From NCBI GenBank assembly GCA_016200345.1, contig JACQEX010000030.1, positions 6,242 through 70,241 on the forward strand: DNA of 64,000 bases, written 5' to 3'. A program made the position numbers and the translations under genes. Shown here in pieces: positions 55,705 to 64,000 of the stretch (the stretch's first letter is position 1; every line of letters starts with the position of its first letter). Source of the stretch: Nitrospinota bacterium. Lineage in GTDB: Bacteria; Nitrospinota_A; UBA7883; JACRGQ01. The notes under the pieces are model-generated. The model worked only from the letters and a program-made list of their open reading frames with translations, did no database searches and was not told the DNA's origin.

Positions 55705-56564
55705 GACACCCCTTGGATTTTTTTGGTTGAATTATTTGTTTGTTCCGCCTCGCCGGCAACGCCCACCACCTGTCCCTCAAACGAGAGGTCGTACCCGGCG
55801 AATGTCGTTCCGATGTCGGCGGAAATTCTTCTTGCGCTCATATACTCGTAAAACTTTTCCCTCCAGGCCCGCTGGTCCCTCCCAAGCCGGACAAACACGC
55901 CGGAAGACGAGGTGACGACAATCCTGTCCGTGTCGCCAATGTCTATGACCGCCCCTTTTTCGTGCCAGTAATGGTCAAGCTCGAAAAGTTTGGAGGCCGA
56001 AAACGCGTCGTCCAGCCTCGGGTCGGAGAGCCTCTGCCCCGGCCTGGCGTTGCTTTTTATCCCCTTTATCACAGGGCCGCCTGACCAATTTTGCGGAGCC
56101 TCCTCTATCAAAAACCTACCCGCGTCCATCAGATACGTTTTTCCGTCCAGATAAACGGCGGATGAGGGTTTGCGCTCCACGATGGAGACTTCGGCCACGT
56201 CCGGCAAACTTAGGCGTATCGAGGCGCTTTCCACAACCGGGTTGCTTTCCAATATGGAGGTCACCCTGTCGATGTTCCTCGTGAATATGTTGCCCGAAAG
56301 CCCCACCTGCAACAGGCCGCGTATCCTCCGCTCGTCCAATTTTTTTGCGCCGGAGACGATGATGTTTTTTACGGTGAAATAATTGTTTTGCGCGGCGGCC
56401 CTTCTAACGGAGGCGTACGCCTGCACGACCAGAAAGAGCGACAGCAACGCCAAAAGCGCAATCCCCGCCACTTTGGCCCTCATCTTGTTCCTGGCCTTGT
56501 TTGCGGAGGTGGCGCGAACCTTTGTAGTCCTAAACATTCGCCCCGCGTCCCTTGCCAGTCTCAT
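55701..56564 (-). CDS. ftsQ: Cell division protein FtsQ/DivIB
   Basis: N-terminal TM helix plus POTRA-like region. Position between murB and ftsA. Confidence 0.7.
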   Translation of the reverse strand: MRLARDAGRMFRTTKVRATSANKARNKMRAKVAGIALLALLSLFLVVQAYASVRRAAAQNNYFTVKNIIVSGAKKLDERRIRGLLQVGLSGNIFTRNIDRVTSILESNPVVESASIRLSLPDVAEVSIVERKPSSAVYLDGKTYLMDAGRFLIEEAPQNWSGGPVIKGIKSNARPGQRLSDPRLDDAFSASKLFELDHYWHEKGAVIDIGDTDRIVVTSSSGVFVRLGRDQRAWREKFYEYMSARRISADIGTTFAGYDLSFEGQVVGVAGEAEQTNNSTKKIQGVS

Positions 56565-57424
56565 GCGAAACTCCCGGCAAGTTTTATCTCGCGCTCAAGT
56601 TTTATTCCCGTTTTCAAAACCGCTTCCTCCACTTTTTCCATTAGATCCGCCACATGGCGGGCCGTGGCGCCGCCCATGTTGACGATAAAATTTGCGTGTT
56701 TTTCGCTCACCTGCGCGTTGCCAACCCTCGCCCCCTTAAGCCCAAGCTCCTCGATGATTTTTCCCGCAAAAAGCCCCGGCGGGTTTTTAAACACCGACCC
56801 GGCCGAGGGGACGTCGAGCGGTTGCGACAATTTTCGTTTCCCCAACATTTCGTTCATTCGCGCCAAAATTTCCTTTGCGTCGCCGCGTTTAAGCCTGAAC
56901 ACGGCGGAGGTCAACACGGCCCCTTTCGGAAGGTTGCTCGAACGGTAGGAAAGACCAAGCTCCCCGACGGTGGCCGTTACAAGCCTTCCACCGGCGCACA
57001 TTCGCACGCTCTCAAGGCAGTCCTTCACCTCGCCGCCAAACGCGCCGGCGTTCATCAAAACCGCGCCGCCGACAGTGCCCGGTATTCCAAAGGCGAATTC
57101 CAAACCGGCCAGCCCGTTTCTCTGCGCAAACCGCGATAGCGCGGTGAAACTCCCGCCAGCAGAGGCGGTTATGACCGGCGCGCCGTCCTCGGCCTCGCCC
57201 AGCGAAACTCCGCCCAAACCGGCTGTAGAAATCACCTCGTCCAGTCCCGCGTCCGACACCAGCAGGTTCGAGCCGCCGCCCAGCGTCAACGCCGACGGAT
57301 GCTCCGCGGCGCACCGGGCCAGTTCCTCCTCCGTCGTCGGCAAATAGAACAGCCTCGCCGACCCGCCAATCTTAAAGGTGGTGTGTTTGCTCATCGGCTC
57401 GTCCCTTCTAAACTCGGTCTTCAT
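56561..57424 (-). CDS. murB: UDP-N-acetylenolpyruvoylglucosamine reductase MurB
   Basis: HTTFKIGGSARLFY FAD-binding N-terminus and GNAQVSEKHANFIVN. The start is ambiguous: M23 at 57424 or M33 at 57394. Confidence 0.8.
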   Translation of the reverse strand: MKTEFRRDEPMSKHTTFKIGGSARLFYLPTTEEELARCAAEHPSALTLGGGSNLLVSDAGLDEVISTAGLGGVSLGEAEDGAPVITASAGGSFTALSRFAQRNGLAGLEFAFGIPGTVGGAVLMNAGAFGGEVKDCLESVRMCAGGRLVTATVGELGLSYRSSNLPKGAVLTSAVFRLKRGDAKEILARMNEMLGKRKLSQPLDVPSAGSVFKNPPGLFAGKIIEELGLKGARVGNAQVSEKHANFIVNMGGATARHVADLMEKVEEAVLKTGIKLEREIKLAGSFA

Positions 57425-58790
57425 TTTTGAGGAACTTCTCCCCTTGTTTATAAACGTCGCCCGCGCCCATCGTGAGGAGGATGTCCCCATCGCGAAGGTT
57501 GTTATTAAGCCATTTCTGAGCGTCCGCCATGTCGTCCAACAAAAACACGAAGTCGCGCGCCGGGGCCGAAACTCCGTCGTAAATCAGCTTTGCGCTTATC
57601 CCCTCTATCGGTTTTTCCCCCGCCGGATAAATCGGCGCCAGCAACAGCACGTCGGCGTTGGCAAACGCCGTGTGGAATTCCGCAAGGCAGTCCCTCGTGC
57701 GCGTGTATCGGTGCGGCTGGAAGAACGTGACGATTCTCCGCCCTTTGTTCGACTCCCTTATGCCGGATATCGTGGCCCGTATTTCCGTTGGATGGTGGCC
57801 GTAATCGTCTATGACCGTTACGCCGTTCCTCGTCCCCTTGAACTCCGAGCGTCTTCCGATGCCGGAAAAAACCCTCAACGCCCCGGCCGCCGTGGCGAAA
57901 TCCACGCCTAGAAACAACGCCGTCTGAATCGCGGCGAGCGCGTTGAGCACGTTGTGCCTGCCCGGGATGTGAAGCTCCACCCTGCCTAGCTCACCGTCCT
58001 TGTTCGAGACGGTGAACGCGGAACCGACCCCCTCGATGACCGAGAGGTCGTGCGCCATCAGGTCGCACGCCTTGGAAAAACCGTATGTGATGAATTTTTT
58101 GTTCATCTTCGGCGCGAAGGAGCGAAGCACCGGGTCGTCCCCGCAGGCGATGGTCGCGCCGAAAAACGGAACCTTGTTGCAAAACGTAAAGAACGCCTCC
58201 TCGATTTTTTCCTTCGTGCCGTAGTAGTCCAGATGCTCGGCGTCTATGTTTGTGACGACGGCAACCGTCGGGTTCAGCTTTAGGAACGAGCCGTCGCTTT
58301 CGTCCGCCTCCGCCACCAAGTACAGCCCCTTGCCGAGTTTTGCGCCGGAGTCGAACATCTTCACCCGCCCGCCGATAATCGCCGTCGGATCCAGACCGGC
58401 CCCGCTTAGCACAGTCGCTATCATGGTTGAGGTGGTGGTTTTTCCATGCGCCCCCGCCACGCAAATTCCCTCTTTCATTCGCAGGAGCTCGCCGAGCATC
58501 TCCCCCCTTGGCACGACCGGCACCTTCAAAACACGCGCGGAGACCACCTCGGGGTTTTCCCTGCTGACGGCGGACGACACCACCACGGCCTCCGCCTCGC
58601 CGATGTTCTCCGCCGCATGGCCTATGAACACCTTGGCGCCGAGCGTTTCCAGCCTCGTCACCGCGTCCGACCGCGCCATGTCCGAGCCGCTTACCTCGTG
58701 CCCCATGTTCACGAGAATCTCCGCTATTCCGCTCATGCCGGAACCGCCTATGCCGACAAAATGTATCTTTCTTTTTTTTCTAAATACCAT
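57408..58790 (-). CDS. murC: UDP-N-acetylmuramate--L-alanine ligase MurC
   Basis: IHFVGIGGSGMSGIAE N-terminus and Mur ligase central/C-terminal domains (GTNGKTTT-like AGAHGKTTTS). Confidence 0.85.
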   Translation of the reverse strand: MVFRKKRKIHFVGIGGSGMSGIAEILVNMGHEVSGSDMARSDAVTRLETLGAKVFIGHAAENIGEAEAVVVSSAVSRENPEVVSARVLKVPVVPRGEMLGELLRMKEGICVAGAHGKTTTSTMIATVLSGAGLDPTAIIGGRVKMFDSGAKLGKGLYLVAEADESDGSFLKLNPTVAVVTNIDAEHLDYYGTKEKIEEAFFTFCNKVPFFGATIACGDDPVLRSFAPKMNKKFITYGFSKACDLMAHDLSVIEGVGSAFTVSNKDGELGRVELHIPGRHNVLNALAAIQTALFLGVDFATAAGALRVFSGIGRRSEFKGTRNGVTVIDDYGHHPTEIRATISGIRESNKGRRIVTFFQPHRYTRTRDCLAEFHTAFANADVLLLAPIYPAGEKPIEGISAKLIYDGVSAPARDFVFLLDDMADAQKWLNNNLRDGDILLTMGAGDVYKQGEKFLKNEDRV

Positions 58791-59911
58791 CAGTTTCTCA
58801 ACGCCTTCATGATGTCGTCGCTTATCGCCCGCGCGGCGCCGGGCCGGGAGTTTTTAACGCAGGAGTACGACATTTTTTCCAAAATGGCTGGCTTTCGCAC
58901 AAGGCCGGATATTTTTTCCGCCAAAATCTCGCCCGTTAAATCAACGTCGTCTATCTCGACCGACGCGCCGCAGTTTTCCATGGCAAGCGCGTTGTATTTT
59001 TGGTGGCCCCCCGCGCCGGGATACGGCACGAGCACCGACGGGAGTCCGGTCAGCAAAAGCTCGGCGCAGGACGACGCACCCGCGCGCGCCACGGCAAGGT
59101 GGGCCGATTTCATTTTGTCCGCCATGTCCTCGAAAAAAGGCTCCGCCGTCATCGTCGGGGCCGAGAACGCAAAGGAGCCGTTGGAGGAGCGGCCCGCGAA
59201 GGCGGTCACGCGTTTTGCATATGCGGCGCGAACGTCCCCCGCGTCACTTTCACCGGTCTGGTGGATTATTCTCAAGTTTAGCTTTGACAACGCCGGGAGA
59301 GCCTGCATGACCGCCTTATTAATAGACCTTGCCCCCTGGCTACCGCCGATGACCAGCAGTGTTTTTTCAAACGACTGGAAATCCCTCTTCGGCGGCGGGA
59401 CAAACTCGCGCCGGGTGGGGTTTCCGAACACCGCCATGTTTCCTCTCTCCAGGTAATTTCTCGTCTCGGGAAAGGAGGCGTAAATCTTGGCGGCGCGATG
59501 GGCCAGCCTGCGAGTGACAAGCCCCGGATACACGTTTTGCTCAAGTAGAAAAAACGGCTTTTCTTTTATCGCCGCCGCGATGCACGAAGGGCCGGACGCA
59601 TATCCGCCGCACCCCACCACTGCGTCGGCGGAAAATGACGAAAGGGTTTCCATCGCTTCCCGCACCGCCCAAGGAAGCAGTGCCAGAGACTTGATGGTTT
59701 TCAGCAGGCTACTCCTGTCAAACCCGGCCACTTTCAACCCAACAAATTGGAAGCCGTCCGATTTTGCGCGCGCCGACTCCGGCCCTCCCGCACTCCCAAC
59801 GAACAACACGGCGTTTCCCAGCCGCCTCATTTCCTCCGCCACGGCAAGCGCGGGGAAAATATGCCCGCCGGTTCCGCCGGCGGTGACGATTATCCTTTTC
59901 GCGCCGTTCAT
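58790..59911 (-). CDS. murG: Undecaprenyl-PP-MurNAc-pentapeptide GlcNAc transferase MurG
   Basis: IIVTAGGTGGHIFPALAVA N-terminus of GT28. Confidence 0.85.
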   Translation of the reverse strand: MNGAKRIIVTAGGTGGHIFPALAVAEEMRRLGNAVLFVGSAGGPESARAKSDGFQFVGLKVAGFDRSSLLKTIKSLALLPWAVREAMETLSSFSADAVVGCGGYASGPSCIAAAIKEKPFFLLEQNVYPGLVTRRLAHRAAKIYASFPETRNYLERGNMAVFGNPTRREFVPPPKRDFQSFEKTLLVIGGSQGARSINKAVMQALPALSKLNLRIIHQTGESDAGDVRAAYAKRVTAFAGRSSNGSFAFSAPTMTAEPFFEDMADKMKSAHLAVARAGASSCAELLLTGLPSVLVPYPGAGGHQKYNALAMENCGASVEIDDVDLTGEILAEKISGLVRKPAILEKMSYSCVKNSRPGAARAISDDIMKALRN

Positions 59912-61008
59912 GTTTTGTGCCTCGAAATATTAAGCAATATCCCCACGCCCATCAGGCTCATGACCAAGGCCGAGCCGCCGAGCGATATAAACGGAAGCGG
60001 CAGACCCTTGGTCGGCCCAAGCCCGGTGGCGACGCCAAAATTCATAAACGCCTGCAAGCCCACGCTCGCCGTGATGCCGGCGGCAAGATACATCCCGAAG
60101 GGATCCGGGGCCTTCATCGCGACGCGGATTCCGAGGTAAACAAAAATTGCGAACAGGAGGACAATCAGGGCGCACCCGGCGAAGCCGAACTCCTCCCCGA
60201 TTATCGAAAAAATAAAGTCGGTGTGCGCGTCCGGAAGGAAAAAGTTTTTCTGCCTTCCTCCGCCCAGCCCGAGACCGAAGAGGTGGCCGTTTCCAAACGC
60301 GATGTACGACTGGATGATTTGGAACCCGGTGTCGGAGGGGTCCGCCCACGGGTCGAGAAACGAGAGTATCCTGCGCCTTCTGTACGCCACGTTTAAAATC
60401 GCCACGTAGAAGAAGGGCAACAACAAGAGGAACGTCCCCACGATGAAACTAAGCCTTATGCCGGAGACAAAAAACAGAAAAAAGACCACCAGCGCCGCGG
60501 TTACGGAGGTTCCCATGTCCGGTTGCAACAGCACCAGCACAAAACATATGCCCAGCAACATCCCGTTTGGAACATATCCCGTGAGAAAATCCTTCAACCT
60601 TCCGGCGTTCTCTTTTTTCACGAGAAAATGCGAAAAGGCGATGATGAGCGAAAGTTTTGCGAACTCCGACGGCTGGAATGTGATACCGCCAATTGAGAGC
60701 CACCTGCGAGCGCCGCCCACCTCCTTGCCAATCCACGGTATGAGGACGAGAAACAGAAGAAAAACCGACAACAGATAAAGGTACGGCGCGAGCTTTGCCA
60801 GTTTTCGGTAGTCGAACCTCATCATGAAATACATCCCGGCGAACCCGATGGAGGCCCACATAAGCTGGCGTTTTAGGAAATATCCGGTGTCGCCGTACTT
60901 CTCGCCCGCGACGGTTCCGCTGGCGGAAAAAACCATCACCATCCCCACGAGCACCAATGCGACCGTGCATATCAATATCCTGTAATCCGGGTCGCGCTTG
61001 GTCATCAA
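59908..61008 (-). CDS. ftsW: Peptidoglycan glycosyltransferase FtsW (SEDS family)
   Basis: 10-TM SEDS protein in the dcw position between murD and murG. Confidence 0.85.
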   Translation of the reverse strand: MMTKRDPDYRILICTVALVLVGMVMVFSASGTVAGEKYGDTGYFLKRQLMWASIGFAGMYFMMRFDYRKLAKLAPYLYLLSVFLLFLVLIPWIGKEVGGARRWLSIGGITFQPSEFAKLSLIIAFSHFLVKKENAGRLKDFLTGYVPNGMLLGICFVLVLLQPDMGTSVTAALVVFFLFFVSGIRLSFIVGTFLLLLPFFYVAILNVAYRRRRILSFLDPWADPSDTGFQIIQSYIAFGNGHLFGLGLGGGRQKNFFLPDAHTDFIFSIIGEEFGFAGCALIVLLFAIFVYLGIRVAMKAPDPFGMYLAAGITASVGLQAFMNFGVATGLGPTKGLPLPFISLGGSALVMSLMGVGILLNISRHKT

Positions 61009-62372
61009 GCCCCCTTCCCGGCCATCGCCGATTTTTGGGTTTTCAACACGGACTCCCTAAACTTCTCGCCCCTGTCGCGATAGTCGCGAAACATGTCGAA
61101 GCTGGCGCAGGCCGGCGAAAGAAGCACGGTGCCCCCCGCTCCGGCAAGCTCCGCCCCCTTCGCGACGGCGTCGTCCATTCCGTTCGCCCTCGCCACCGGC
61201 TCGTACCCGCCAAACAGCCGTCCCAGTTTTTCGGACGATTCCCCGATTAGAACCACGGCGACGCCGGAGCGTTTAATCATCTCCGCGAGCGGCGTGAAAT
61301 CCTGGTCTTTGTCCCGCCCGCCAAGAATTAATGCGACGCGCCCCTCAAGGCCGTCTAGCGCCTTTAGCGTGCTACCGACGTTCGTCCCCTTGGAGTCGTT
61401 TATAAACCTTACGCCGGCGATAGTCGCAACCGGCTCCACCCTGTGCTCCAAAGCCTCGAACTTGAACAACGCGCGTGATATCGCGCCAGTGTCCGCGCCG
61501 CCGGAGAATGCGATTGCGCAGGCGGCGAGGGCGTTTTCCAGATTCGCCCTCCCTTTAAGCCTCATGTCTTTCGCCTCGCCCATTTTCCAAATTTCCGAGG
61601 CGTGCGAGATTAGAATCACGCCGTCGTTTACGAAAACCCCCTCGCGCAGTTTTTCCGACGTGGAAAAAGGGAAGAGCCTGCACTTGACCCTTCCGGCCAG
61701 CTTGGAGGCGCCCTCGTCGTCCATGTTCAACACGCACACGTCGTCGCCGCGCTGAAGCTCGAAAATCCTGCATTTAAGGCGGGTGTACTCCTCCATCGTC
61801 TTGTGCCTGTCCAGATGGTCCGGGGTTATGTTTAAAATTGCGGAGACGCGCGGTTTGAAGGTCGTAACCCCCTCGAGTTGGAACGAGCTAATCTCGGCCA
61901 CGACCTTAACGGGTCGCTCGAAAATTGCGTCCTCCCCCACGGCGGCGTTGCCGATGTTTCCGCAGACCACGGAGTCAACACCCGATTCGGCCATCATCGC
62001 CCCGACTAGCGCGGTGGTGGTGCTCTTTCCGTTGGTGCCTGTGATGGCAAGCCACGGCCTCTCGACCAGCCTGAAGGCCAGCTCTATTTCGCTTATAACC
62101 TCGGAGCCGGCATTTCGCTTTGCGACAAGCAGTGGGCTTTCCCACGGCACGCCGGGCGAGACAACGACGAGGTCGAATTTTTCCGCCATGGCCCTGTCGT
62201 GCGATCCTGTTTCGATAGCCACGCCCGGGGCCAGTTTTTTCGCGGCCTCCCCCGGATTATTATTGTTGTCCGTTACCAACACGGACGCGCCGAGCGAGGC
62301 CAGCCTGTTTGCGGAGGGCGCGCCCGTCCTGCCAAGGCCGACCACCAACGCTTTCTTTCCCCTTAATTCCAT
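61005..62372 (-). CDS. murD: UDP-N-acetylmuramoylalanine--D-glutamate ligase MurD
   Basis: Start set at the internal ATG 62372 (MELRGKKALVVGLGRTG), 2 nt after the mraY stop. Also contains a GTNGKSTT P-loop. The 272-codon 5' extension of the track ORF overlaps mraY and was rejected. Confidence 0.8.
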   Translation of the reverse strand: MELRGKKALVVGLGRTGAPSANRLASLGASVLVTDNNNNPGEAAKKLAPGVAIETGSHDRAMAEKFDLVVVSPGVPWESPLLVAKRNAGSEVISEIELAFRLVERPWLAITGTNGKSTTTALVGAMMAESGVDSVVCGNIGNAAVGEDAIFERPVKVVAEISSFQLEGVTTFKPRVSAILNITPDHLDRHKTMEEYTRLKCRIFELQRGDDVCVLNMDDEGASKLAGRVKCRLFPFSTSEKLREGVFVNDGVILISHASEIWKMGEAKDMRLKGRANLENALAACAIAFSGGADTGAISRALFKFEALEHRVEPVATIAGVRFINDSKGTNVGSTLKALDGLEGRVALILGGRDKDQDFTPLAEMIKRSGVAVVLIGESSEKLGRLFGGYEPVARANGMDDAVAKGAELAGAGGTVLLSPACASFDMFRDYRDRGEKFRESVLKTQKSAMAGKGA

Positions 62373-62374
62373 GT

Positions 62375-63454
62375 TCACCGCAACTTCAACGTGCTGAGGC
62401 TTAGGAGCGCCAGCAGAATGGAGATAATCCAAAACCGGGTGGTAACCTTCGTCTCCGGCCAGCCGAGCTTTTCGAAATGATGGTGTATCGGCGCCATCAG
62501 AAAAACCCTTTTGTGAGTCATCTTGAAATAACCGACCTGCATTATGACGGAGAGCGCCTCGACGACAAAAATGCCCCCCACCAGCATCAGCAAAAGCTCG
62601 TGCTTCGTCAAAATGGAGGTTACGCCCAAAAGAGCGCCGAGCGGCACCGAGCCGGTGTTCCCCATGAACACCTGCGCGGGGTAGGCGTTGAACCACAAAA
62701 ATCCGAGCGAGGCCCCGACCACCGCGCCGCATAGTACCGTAACCTCGCCAACCCCCTTTATGAAGGGTATCTGCAGGTAGCCGGAAAAAAGGGCGTGGCC
62801 GGCGACGTAGCTGATGAACGTGTATGCCGTGAAAGAGATAATAATCGGCCCGATGGCGAGGCCGTCCAGTCCGTCCGTAAGGTTCACGGCGTTGGAGGCG
62901 CCGATAATCACCAGAGCGGCGAAAATATAGTACAGATATCCCAAGTCGGGTTTTAGGTGCTTGAAGAATGGAATATAGACGTGCGTAAGCGTCCCCCTTA
63001 GCGCCTCGTCCTGCGATACGAGGAACAAAATCGGAACGCAGGCCAGAGCCTGCAGGAGCAATTTGCGCCTGCCGCTTATGCCGCGCCCGTCGTGAAGCTT
63101 CGTGGCGTCGTCGTAAACCCCGATAAGCCCGAACAGCACCGCCGTAAGGATTGCGGCCATCACCGAATGGCTTGCGACGTCGGCCCACAACAGGGCGGGA
63201 AGAACAAACGAGGCGAGGATTAAAAGGCCGCCCATCGTGGGGGTTCCCCCCTTCGCCCTGTGGTTTTCCGGCACGTCCGACCTTATTCGCTCGCCGAAAT
63301 TTTTTCTCGCCAGATACTGGATGAACGGCGGCCCGAGCAAAAACGAGAGAACCAGCGAGGTTATAACAGCGTAGGTGGTTCGGAATGTTATGTATTTAAA
63401 TACGTTTAGAAAATGGAACGTGTCGTGCCATGGGTAGAGAAAATGATAAATCAT
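62375..63454 (-). CDS. mraY: Phospho-N-acetylmuramoyl-pentapeptide transferase MraY
   Basis: 359 aa polytopic. KxGTPTMGG and DDxxKxxxG-like (YDDATKLHDGRGI) motifs. Confidence 0.9.
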   Translation of the reverse strand: MIYHFLYPWHDTFHFLNVFKYITFRTTYAVITSLVLSFLLGPPFIQYLARKNFGERIRSDVPENHRAKGGTPTMGGLLILASFVLPALLWADVASHSVMAAILTAVLFGLIGVYDDATKLHDGRGISGRRKLLLQALACVPILFLVSQDEALRGTLTHVYIPFFKHLKPDLGYLYYIFAALVIIGASNAVNLTDGLDGLAIGPIIISFTAYTFISYVAGHALFSGYLQIPFIKGVGEVTVLCGAVVGASLGFLWFNAYPAQVFMGNTGSVPLGALLGVTSILTKHELLLMLVGGIFVVEALSVIMQVGYFKMTHKRVFLMAPIHHHFEKLGWPETKVTTRFWIISILLALLSLSTLKLR

Positions 63455-64000
63455 CCCAGCCTTCTCCTAACGGCCTTGGCGGCAATCTTTCTGTCGTCGA
63501 ACGGAAATTTTTCGCGCCCTATTATTTGGTAATCCTCGTGCCCCTTCCCGGCCAATAGAATCGTGTCGCCTTCGCGCGCCATTTCCACCGCCGCGTTTAT
63601 GGCCGCCTCACGCCCCTCCACAACAACGACGTTTTTGGATTTCTCGCACGGAACCCCGTTCAAAATCTCCGCGATTATCGCCGACGGGGATTCCGTGCGG
63701 GGGTTGTCGGACGTAACAACAACCACGTCGGCAAGCTCCGCCGAGATTTTTCCCATGAGCGGCCTTTTGCCGTGGTCGCGGTCGCCGCCGCAACCGAACA
63801 GGCAGATGAGCCTGTTTTTTGTGATGTTCCTTGCGGTTTTAAGAACCTTCGCAAGAGCGTCGTCCGTGTGCGCGTAATCCACAATCACGCCGAAATTCTG
63901 TCCCTCGTCCACCCGCTCGAAACGGCCCGGGACGGATTTAAGCGACTCCAACGCGCCGACGATTGTCGGAACGGCGATTCCCTCCGCAATCCCGACGGCA
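63451..64000 (-). CDS. murF: UDP-MurNAc-tripeptide--D-Ala-D-Ala ligase MurF, partial (5' end beyond the window)
   Basis: C-terminal Mur ligase domain. The frame stays open to the window edge (…IAVPTIVGALESLKSVPGRFERV…), so the apparent M at 63951 is an internal TTG. Confidence 0.8.
   Translation of the reverse strand, partial: AVGIAEGIAVPTIVGALESLKSVPGRFERVDEGQNFGVIVDYAHTDDALAKVLKTARNITKNRLICLFGCGGDRDHGKRPLMGKISAELADVVVVTSDNPRTESPSAIIAEILNGVPCEKSKNVVVVEGREAAINAAVEMAREGDTILLAGKGHEDYQIIGREKFPFDDRKIAAKAVRRRLG

Noticed and set aside
61005-63188. 727-aa MurD ORF in the track
   Set aside because: The first 272 codons overlap mraY and are Arg/Gly-rich nonsense. The conserved MurD N-terminus MELRGKKALVVGLGRTG starts at the internal ATG 62372.

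Overview
This is a 64 kb window from a GC-rich (~57%) diderm bacterium; BamD and a dcw cell-wall cluster are present. Three regions stand out.

(1) Positions 1-31981 hold an almost uninterrupted minus-strand glycan-biosynthesis super-operon of about 30 genes. It contains a complete nonulosonic-acid (legionaminic/sialic-like) module: NeuB, NeuC, NeuA, a PtmE-like CBS-nucleotidyltransferase and a DegT aminotransferase. It also contains a self-contained heptose module: split transketolase, GmhA, and a domain-inverted HldE-like kinase/nucleotidyltransferase. There are TagD/TagF-like genes, several class I / FkbM / TylF methyltransferases and two NUDIX hydrolases. Seven radical SAM enzymes are spread over the whole + and - strand glycan region; six lie in this operon and four of the seven are cobalamin-binding class B. 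A NusG/RfaH-family paralog sits at the 5' end.

(2) Positions 31982-43200 contain, in order: an array of four 19-bp palindromes at exact 23-bp spacing in the operon leader; a giant GT-C-like membrane protein; a near-consensus Fur box in a divergent promoter; a Fur-family regulator; a ZIP transporter fused to a cupredoxin domain; a CcmH-like protein; another B12 radical SAM; and a + strand GT2 / methyltransferase / GT-C / Vsr cassette. That cassette is bracketed by two copies of a ~240-bp structured repeat. The repeat has 15-19-bp terminal inverted repeats, stem-preserving covariation and ops-like GGTAGCGG motifs.

(3) Positions 43200-64000 are housekeeping: TetR, ABC1 kinase, AmgK-like kinase, NadK, GGDEF, RecN, cyclophilin and BamD. 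They also include an internally deleted and frameshifted lysA remnant, a DUF484 protein, and the dcw cluster ftsZ-ftsA-ftsQ-murB-murC-murG-ftsW-murD-mraY-murF, which runs off the window edge.

No rRNA, tRNA or CRISPR array was recognised. All calls come from reading the six-frame translations and the raw sequence by eye. No database searches were run.
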